From contig JARKSN010000144.1 in the NCBI GenBank assembly GCA_029974275.1, positions 1 through 22,838 of the forward strand: DNA of 22,838 nucleotides. The letters are read 5' to 3'. Each line of letters begins with the position of its first letter. The first letter of the stretch is position 1. This document shows positions 16,547-22,838 of this stretch, in pieces. The position numbers were made by a program, and so were the translations under genes. A model generated the notes under the pieces. The model searched no databases and had not been told where the DNA came from. It saw only the letters and a list, made by a program, of their open reading frames with translations. Source of the stretch: Candidatus Hydrogenedentota bacterium (lineage in GTDB: Bacteria; Hydrogenedentota; Hydrogenedentia; Hydrogenedentales; SLHB01).

Positions 16547-16676
16547 GTGAGCGCCCTGTTTTTCCGGCAGCGCCCAACAAGAAATGCGGAAAAGAACGCC
16601 TTGATGCGGCAGGTGGACTCATCCATAATCAAGCGTCCGCCGCCCTTCGCCTTGTTCCGGCGAAAACGATTTTGGC

Positions 16677-16703
16677 GAACCTTCGCTCTTTTTTGGTGTC
16701 GGA
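16677..16703 (+). promoter_or_regulatory. Candidate ECF (sigmaE-like) autoregulatory promoter
   Basis: GAACCT-N16-TCGGA, close to the established sigmaE-type GAACTT-N16-TCTGA, about 50 nt before the sigma factor start. Confidence 0.55.
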
Positions 16704-16754
16704 CAACTATAGGGGCAAGCGCGATCCCTGGCTTGCGACGAGAAACGGGAATTC

Positions 16755-17354
16755 GTGGCACGGTTGCGAGAAACGCGAACACAAACGGATGCCGGCCTGG
16801 TGGCGGAATGCCAGCAGGGCGATGCGGCCGCATTTGATGAGCTTGTCCGGCGTTACAAGGATCGGGTGTATCATGTAGCGTACCGGTTCGTAGGCAACCA
16901 CGAGGACGCGCTGGATGTCGCCCAGGAGGTGTTCCTCCGGGCTTACCGAGGCATCGACGGGTTCCGGGGCGCGGCCCAGGTGTACACTTGGTTGTATAGC
17001 ATCGCGGCGAACCTGGCGAAGAATTGGTTGCGCGACGGCAAACGGAAAGGTCGGGACCGCGCCACGCCGCTCGATTCGGCGAGATCTTCCGACGAGCCGT
17101 CGCCGGAGCGCGCGGTGAGTTCCGATACGCCCCGGCGGCAGGCCATGAGCCATGAGTTAGAGGAAACCCTGCAGCGGTGCCTGGATGAATTGCCGGAACC
17201 CTGCAGGATGACCTTCGTATTGCGGATATACGAGGACATGAGTTACGAGGAGATCGCCGAAGCGATGGGGTGTCCGACGGGCACGGTGAAATCGCGTCTC
17301 AATCAGGCGCGCGCCATGCTGCGCGAACGGCTACGGGCCCTGTCGCTGGCATAG
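16755..17354 (+). CDS. ECF sigma-70 factor (RpoE/SigW-like)
   Basis: DAGLVAECQQGDAAAFDELVRRY, DALDVAQEVFLRAY, YTWLYSIAAN, region 4 LDELP...MSYEEIAEAMGCPTGTVKSRLNQAR. Confidence 0.95.
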   Translation: MARLRETRTQTDAGLVAECQQGDAAAFDELVRRYKDRVYHVAYRFVGNHEDALDVAQEVFLRAYRGIDGFRGAAQVYTWLYSIAANLAKNWLRDGKRKGRDRATPLDSARSSDEPSPERAVSSDTPRRQAMSHELEETLQRCLDELPEPCRMTFVLRIYEDMSYEEIAEAMGCPTGTVKSRLNQARAMLRERLRALSLA

Positions 17355-17360
17355 GGGAAC

Positions 17361-18413
17361 ATGAGCGACGAAGCAGACGATATGCGCGAGGACTACTCGC
17401 CGCTGCTCGACGGGGAACTGTCCCCGGAACGCCGCGCGGCCATCGAGGCGCGCCTGGCCGAATCGGCGGAGGAGTTGCGCGAGTTCGAAGCGTTGCGGCG
17501 CGTGGACGAGTTGTTTCGTGCATTGCCGCGCCATGCCGCGCCCCCGGCATTCGAGGCAAGCGTGCGCGAGGCCATTGCGTCGCAGTCGGCGCCGCCGGTC
17601 CTTCGAATGCGGCGCAAAACCGTGTTTCCGCGGGTGGGTCTCGCGGCGGCGGCCCTGTTGCTCGTCGTGAGCGGCGTGTGGTTTTTCGTCCACGCACCTC
17701 GTGAGGATCGCTTCATGACCGCCTCTACGAAATCACGCGATTCCTCCTCCTATCAGACCCAATCGCCGGAAAACCATCTCGCCGGAGACGCCGGCGCCGC
17801 GCGCATGGAAACGGAAAAATCGGATGAGAATTTTTTCTTTTCGGACAGATCCCCCGCGCCCCGCGCCGAAACTCAAGCAGACTCGCTTGCCGCATCCACC
17901 GCCCCGCCAACCGCCGCATTCGCGAAAACGCCCCCTGCGTCAGCGCCGCCGGGAATTGCCGTTCGAGCGGATCCAGAGCCTCCCGCCTCGCAGACAACGA
18001 CCTTGTCTGCGCCGCCGGCGTCGCCGGTCGCCGTGGAAGCCCCCCTCTCGCACCCTAGCAACCCGGAAATCGTTTCGCGAGAAAAGACGGACGGAACGAT
18101 TCACGACATCGAGGCGTTTACGATAGGGGCACAGGAAGGGAAGGCCTCGCGTGGGGCAGGAGGGCTGAACGCGCCGCAGACAGAGCAGACGGCCAAACGC
18201 GTTTTTGTGTTGCGGGAGAACGCATGGGTGCAACAAGAATACGCCCAGGAACCGGCGAAAACCGTCGCGCGCGATTCGTCCGTCGTGCGCGCTCTCATGG
18301 AGCACGACGAAGACCTGCGCAATCTACTGGACCTCCTGGAGGCCCCTGTCATCGTGCGCGTCGACACGACGTGGTATCATATCCAGGCAAAGAAATCGCC
18401 CGTCCCAAAATGA
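17361..18413 (+). CDS. Transmembrane anti-sigma factor
   Basis: Follows the sigma gene after 6 nt. N-terminal SPLLDGELSPERRAAIEARL (anti-sigma domain pattern), single TM GLAAAALLLVVSGVWFFV, Pro/Ala/Ser-rich linker, small globular C-terminal domain. Confidence 0.85.
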   Translation: MSDEADDMREDYSPLLDGELSPERRAAIEARLAESAEELREFEALRRVDELFRALPRHAAPPAFEASVREAIASQSAPPVLRMRRKTVFPRVGLAAAALLLVVSGVWFFVHAPREDRFMTASTKSRDSSSYQTQSPENHLAGDAGAARMETEKSDENFFFSDRSPAPRAETQADSLAASTAPPTAAFAKTPPASAPPGIAVRADPEPPASQTTTLSAPPASPVAVEAPLSHPSNPEIVSREKTDGTIHDIEAFTIGAQEGKASRGAGGLNAPQTEQTAKRVFVLRENAWVQQEYAQEPAKTVARDSSVVRALMEHDEDLRNLLDLLEAPVIVRVDTTWYHIQAKKSPVPK

Positions 18414-18494
18414 AGGAAACGTCCGACCGGGGCTCAAGGGCGCGGATCGCGTGCGCAATGGGGTCCGCCGTTTGGCGCAGGGAGGGGAAACGTG

Positions 18495-19385
18495 ATGCAG
18501 AGGGCGTCTGCCATTGCCGTGAAGCGCTATCATTACGACATCAGCGATTGGCGGCTTCGCTACCCCAACCCCGCGACCATTGAGGCGCAGCCGGGGCCTC
18601 GCACATACGTGCGGAGGCTTTTTCCTGCCGCGCTCGTCATGATTCTTGCGGCCGTTTTGCTGCATTCCGCGAAAGAGATCAACGACCCCGCTTTTCAAGG
18701 GCCCCTACAGTTCACCGCAGGCCTATTGGTCTTGCTTGGCGCGCTGCATCCCGTCAGCGCCTTGTGGCAACGCCTCCGGATTGCACGCGAAGATGACCGT
18801 TTCGTGGTGCATGCCCGGCGGTTCACGCCGCACACGCGCGCCTGCCCGCTGTCCGCTCTGACCGGCATGAACGTCCTGGAACGCGAAGTTCGCACGTCGC
18901 GAAAAAGCGGACGCCGGCTCGTGGGGTGGCATTGGCAGACGCTGCTTCACACAGACGGAGCCGTTTTCGAATTCTGCTGCGATCGCCGTGGCGATATGTC
19001 CGGCACAACGCGCAGTCCGCGACGCGTCGCTGAATTCGTGCGTCACCTCGAAGGCATGACCGGCCTGTCCTGCCCGCCTCCCCAACGCGTTGCGTGGCAT
19101 TCCGGCCTGCAAGGAGCCTGCCCCACGGGGCAACGCGTCGTAACGACAAGCGCCCCTCGCTATGCCCATCGCGCCTACGATTCGCTGGACGCTATGCCGC
19201 CCGCTCTGCGCCAAAACGTGGAAGAGCACATCGCCCGCATGCGCGTTCAGGGCATAACATCCTTCGAGGTCCAACAGTTCACCGTCGCCGATAGCGACGG
19301 GAATCTGCACGCCTACGACTCGCTCGACGAGATGCCCCCGGAGCTTCGCGCCCGTTTCGAGGCCATGCGTCATCAGTCTCGGTGA
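18495..19385 (+). CDS. Hypothetical membrane protein with two TMs and a duplicated YDSLDxMPPxLR motif
   Basis: GGAGGGG RBS; hydrophobic segments LFPAALVMILAAVLL and FTAGLLVLLGALHPVSALW; C-terminal repeats AYDSLDAMPPALR and AYDSLDEMPPELR. Confidence 0.72.
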   Translation: MQRASAIAVKRYHYDISDWRLRYPNPATIEAQPGPRTYVRRLFPAALVMILAAVLLHSAKEINDPAFQGPLQFTAGLLVLLGALHPVSALWQRLRIAREDDRFVVHARRFTPHTRACPLSALTGMNVLEREVRTSRKSGRRLVGWHWQTLLHTDGAVFEFCCDRRGDMSGTTRSPRRVAEFVRHLEGMTGLSCPPPQRVAWHSGLQGACPTGQRVVTTSAPRYAHRAYDSLDAMPPALRQNVEEHIARMRVQGITSFEVQQFTVADSDGNLHAYDSLDEMPPELRARFEAMRHQSR

Positions 19386-20578
19386 TCTGCGGCGAGGGTC
19401 TGCACGATGCGCGTCTCGATGCGTTGAGCGACCGCGTCCCATGTCAGATCGCGATCGGCGCGCGCCCTGCCCGCCTGCCCCATGCGAAGACGCAGCGCCG
19501 GGTCGTCCAAGAGCGCGACAACCGCGCGCGCGGCATCCTCGGGATCCTCCGGATCGACCAGAAAACCGGTCTCGCCGTGAACGATCGCATCGGGGACGCC
19601 GCCCGCCCGGCCCCCAATCACTGGCAGGCCATAGTGCCCGGCCTCGACGTAAACAATCCCAAACCCTTCGACGCTGCGTCCCGGAATCATACGGCTGGGC
19701 ATCGCGAACACATCTGCGGCGCAATAATACTGCGCCAGCAAATCGTCATCGAACACGCCCTCGAAACGAACCTGCCGCGCGCATCCCGTTTCATCCGCCA
19801 GCGCCTTGAGGCGATCGAGGTCCGGCCCTCCGCCTGCAACCACATAGGTGATGTCCGGATGTCGGCGCGCGATCGAGGGCAGTGCGCGGATCATGATATC
19901 GACGCCCTTTCGCGGCACCAAACGGCACACGCTGAGCAGAACAGGGCCATCGCCCAAACCAAGGCGTTCGCGCGCGGCGCGCTTCGTCACTGCAGGGGCC
20001 AGCCGTTCCGGACTGATCCCGCAGCCAATGACGGCGGGATTGGCCCGCGTTCCATACCACTCGCGCACGCGTTCTGCCGTAAACCGGCTATTGCAATATA
20101 TGTCCCGCATGCTGTCCAACGCCTTGCGAAACATCCATTGCCTGTGCGGGCGCATTTTGGCCACCTGCAGAATGTCCATGCCGTGAAACACCACGCCGCA
20201 CGGACAGCCCAACGCGCGCAATGATCGCCCCAGCCAAAAACCGTTGCCATGACGCAAACGCAGGTTTTCCGTAAAAAGAACATAGGCAATGCCGCGCTCA
20301 CGGACCGTCCGCGCCAAGCGTTTCCGGATCGCGCACACCTGGCGCGCCCCCTGCACGCCGCGCCACATTCCCTCGCGCCCCTCAGGAAGGGCCCGGACCA
20401 CCTCGAATGGCATGGCCAAGGGAACGTCCGCAGACGCGCCCTCCCGCGCGAACACCGTCACGCCCCATCCGCGCCGATGCAACGCGTCGGCCACGCTATA
20501 CGACAATTCCGCCGTTCCGCCAAGGTCCGGCTTGAACTCGTAGCAGAAAAGCAGAATCGGTTTCGTCAACGCAGCCAT
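19373..20578 (-). CDS. Glycosyltransferase family 4 (GT-B fold, PimB-like), about 401 aa
   Basis: ATG 20578 after GGAGAGG. EFKPDLGGTA, FHGMD, NSRFT, LLSVCRLVPRKGVD, ADVFAMPSR, EGFGIVYVEA (EX7E), GGVPDAIVHGETGFLV. Confidence 0.92.
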   Translation of the reverse strand: MAALTKPILLFCYEFKPDLGGTAELSYSVADALHRRGWGVTVFAREGASADVPLAMPFEVVRALPEGREGMWRGVQGARQVCAIRKRLARTVRERGIAYVLFTENLRLRHGNGFWLGRSLRALGCPCGVVFHGMDILQVAKMRPHRQWMFRKALDSMRDIYCNSRFTAERVREWYGTRANPAVIGCGISPERLAPAVTKRAARERLGLGDGPVLLSVCRLVPRKGVDIMIRALPSIARRHPDITYVVAGGGPDLDRLKALADETGCARQVRFEGVFDDDLLAQYYCAADVFAMPSRMIPGRSVEGFGIVYVEAGHYGLPVIGGRAGGVPDAIVHGETGFLVDPEDPEDAARAVVALLDDPALRLRMGQAGRARADRDLTWDAVAQRIETRIVQTLAADHRD

Positions 20579-20678
20579 CCCCTCTCCAGGCGCCCCGTGG
20601 AACCAACGCCCCGCGCCGCATCGGACACGGGCAGCCTCTGATACTCCTTTCCCTGTCGCGAAACCTCGAGGCATCCCG

Positions 20679-22601
20679 TCATTGGATATACCCCAACGTT
20701 TTGAGGCTTTCCTCTTTTCCGCGCAGATCGTCCGTCGAAGCAGGCGGCGCGGAGCCATGAAGCGGACGGAACCATGCGCCCAGCACGGTGAACAACACGT
20801 CCGCATCCGCGATATCCACCGTAATCCGGCACGGGGCTTGGCGGATGCGGGCTAGACCCAGCCGCAAAAAAGTGGAGTTGGGCGTGGAAGGAAGTTTCTG
20901 CTCCACGCGAGGGGTATCCTGCAACGAAACCCCGGCGATTACCGGCTCTTCTCTTCCGGCTCCGGCCGTATGCATCGCCATCACGTCAAGATCCACCTCG
21001 TAGTCCCCGTCGGGCACGGAAAAGGCAAACGTCGCCCGTCGCGGCGTTTCGCCCGCAGGGCTCGCTTCTTCGAGAACCGCGCTGTCGATGCGCTCCAGAA
21101 ACGGCGACGCCGGCGTCACGCGGGGCAGCGCGTCGTAGGCCTGCCACAACGGCGCCATGTCCCGTTCGAGACGCTCCCGCATCATCGCGGCAATATGCGG
21201 CGCCGAGGTCAACGCTTCGCCGCGCGTAAGAATGGAATCGGGCAGCGGCCAAAGCAAGTCCTCCTCCCCCGGAATGCCCATGGAGTATTTGTACTGCGCA
21301 TCCCGCGCGATAAAGCGCGGCGTGGCATCCAGTCCATACGACGTATCGCGGCAGAAAACGTACTCGTGCACCGATCGCGTCGGTTCCGCGAAAAGCGTCC
21401 GCAAACTCTTGCCGTCAAACCGCGCCGACGTCTTCATCCCAAGCATATCGAGCAACGTGGGCAAAATATCCGCATTCTGGGTGAGCGCCTTCACGCGCAA
21501 GCCCTCCGGAAGACCTGCTCCGGCCATGATCAGCGGGACATGACACACTTCGTCGTGGGTGTAGCAAGGATTTTGCATCGTGACGCGGTCGGGGAAGGGA
21601 CCGCCGAGGACATAGTGGCTGAAGTGGTTGTATTGCGCATGCCCGACGAAATCGGCGTTTTCGCCGATCAGTTCGCCGTGATCGGAAGTGATCAACACGA
21701 TCGCGTCGTCGAGCGCGCCCTCCGCATGAAGCAAATCGAGAAGCCTGCCCACATAATCGTCGGCTTTGAGAATGCCGCCGTCATAAAAGCCGCGCAACAA
21801 CTCGATGTCCTGCGGCGAAAACCGGTTCCCGCTGTACTGTTTCGGATAACCGTCCCCAATGAGGTCGCTCGTGTAATCGATATCGATCCACCGCCGGTAC
21901 TCGGGTTCGAGCACATGGGGAAAGTGCGTTTCCATCGCGTGGATATACAGAAACAACGGCTTGCTCTGTTCCTTGCGCAATACCCGTTCGACCGTCTCCA
22001 CGATGCGCGAGAACGGCGCATACGGCTCGACGGTGTCAAACTGCCGCGCCGCTTTCGCCGGACCTTCGGAAGACTCCCCGCCGGCGGATCGCGTAATCAC
22101 CTTGTGCGGCAAGAAATACGTCCGATCGAACCCCCGTCCCAAACGGCTGCGCGACGGAAAAAATTCCTGCGTGCCGATCATCACGGAGTAGTACCCATTC
22201 TCCGAAAAAATCCGCGGGGCCAGTTGCTCTTCTTCCGGAGGAACGCGGGACGCCTCGCGCCATTCACGGGTCTCGGCGTAACAGACAGGGAAATGGCGGC
22301 CCGTCAAAAACTGGGACACCGAAATCGGGGTATTGAACGCTTGGGAAAAGTTCTGTTCAAACAGCACGCCGTGAGCGGCCAGCCGATCGATATTGGGCGA
22401 AGTGGGACGATCGTATCCATAACACGACAAATTCTTGGCGCGGCATGCATCGAGGCAAATCCAGATGACGTTGGGACGGGCGGGCGAAGCGGCATGGCGA
22501 TCGGGGGATGCGGGCGCGCCGCAGTTTGTCGCCACGATCGCCACCCCCGCGGGCAACAACGCCAATAACGGCAACAAGACAAAAAAACGCATCGATCTCA
22601 T
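20679..22601 (-). CDS. Exported sulfatase-like (alkaline phosphatase superfamily) hydrolase/transferase
   Basis: Start is probably ATG 22601 or 22592, followed by a hydrophobic signal. PNVIWICLDACRA, YGYDRPTSPNID, AFNTPISVSQFLTG, FLYIHAMETHFP, YDGGI, ITSDHGE, HVPLIM, DILPTLLD, DGKSL, C-terminal LKTLGYI. Confidence 0.88.
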   Translation of the reverse strand: MRSMRFFVLLPLLALLPAGVAIVATNCGAPASPDRHAASPARPNVIWICLDACRAKNLSCYGYDRPTSPNIDRLAAHGVLFEQNFSQAFNTPISVSQFLTGRHFPVCYAETREWREASRVPPEEEQLAPRIFSENGYYSVMIGTQEFFPSRSRLGRGFDRTYFLPHKVITRSAGGESSEGPAKAARQFDTVEPYAPFSRIVETVERVLRKEQSKPLFLYIHAMETHFPHVLEPEYRRWIDIDYTSDLIGDGYPKQYSGNRFSPQDIELLRGFYDGGILKADDYVGRLLDLLHAEGALDDAIVLITSDHGELIGENADFVGHAQYNHFSHYVLGGPFPDRVTMQNPCYTHDEVCHVPLIMAGAGLPEGLRVKALTQNADILPTLLDMLGMKTSARFDGKSLRTLFAEPTRSVHEYVFCRDTSYGLDATPRFIARDAQYKYSMGIPGEEDLLWPLPDSILTRGEALTSAPHIAAMMRERLERDMAPLWQAYDALPRVTPASPFLERIDSAVLEEASPAGETPRRATFAFSVPDGDYEVDLDVMAMHTAGAGREEPVIAGVSLQDTPRVEQKLPSTPNSTFLRLGLARIRQAPCRITVDIADADVLFTVLGAWFRPLHGSAPPASTDDLRGKEESLKTLGYIQ

Positions 22602-22838
22602 GGATCGTTCGATTCGGCAACGCATAAGGTCCTCATTGTACCACAGGCGTCGCGCCTCCCGAAAAAACGGAACCGTTTCGCGCAACAACAGCCGTCTACC
22701 TTTCAGAAGGCCGCCACGAGTAAATAATTCTTGACAACATAGCCCCAGGGCCATTGCACTAAAATTCTGAGCCATTTGGACTTTTCGGCCCCATATACGT
22801 CCCGATTTTACCGTTTGGCGCACGATTTCGTTTTTGTA

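Noticed and set aside
22602..22823. Long N-terminal extension of the sulfatase-like ORF
   Set aside because: It would bury the signal peptide about 75 residues inside, and the region is AT-richer and looks like promoter DNA.
1..22838. CRISPR array, rRNA, transposase or recognisable defence-system genes
   Set aside because: No regularly spaced repeats or diagnostic motifs seen by eye.

Overview
GC-rich bacterial chromosomal segment, mostly ordinary host genes: two TPR-type proteins, a UroD/MtaA-family protein, a ZrgBC-like ABC pair with a His-rich permease, tRNA-Gln(CTG) and tRNA-Glu(CTC), a stand-alone 60-aa zinc-ribbon protein, a four-gene GldA/GldF/GldG/DUF4340-type ABC operon, a plant-type ferredoxin-NADP+ reductase, a SAM methyltransferase, an ECF sigma/anti-sigma pair, a GT4 glycosyltransferase and a Thr-type sulfatase-like protein. 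The stand-out feature is an isolated two-gene phage DNA-packaging module (11712-13650, minus strand): an apparently intact large terminase plus a putative small terminase. It is wedged between host genes with no portal, capsid, tail or integrase anywhere in the window, is separated from the upstream gene by a terminator-like hairpin, and is preceded by a perfect GAAC-N4-GTTC (LexA/Cheo-box-type) palindrome. This fits a domesticated, possibly SOS-controlled packaging motor (for example one locus of a dispersed gene-transfer-agent-like system), but that is inference. All calls come from motif recognition by eye; no database searches were run.
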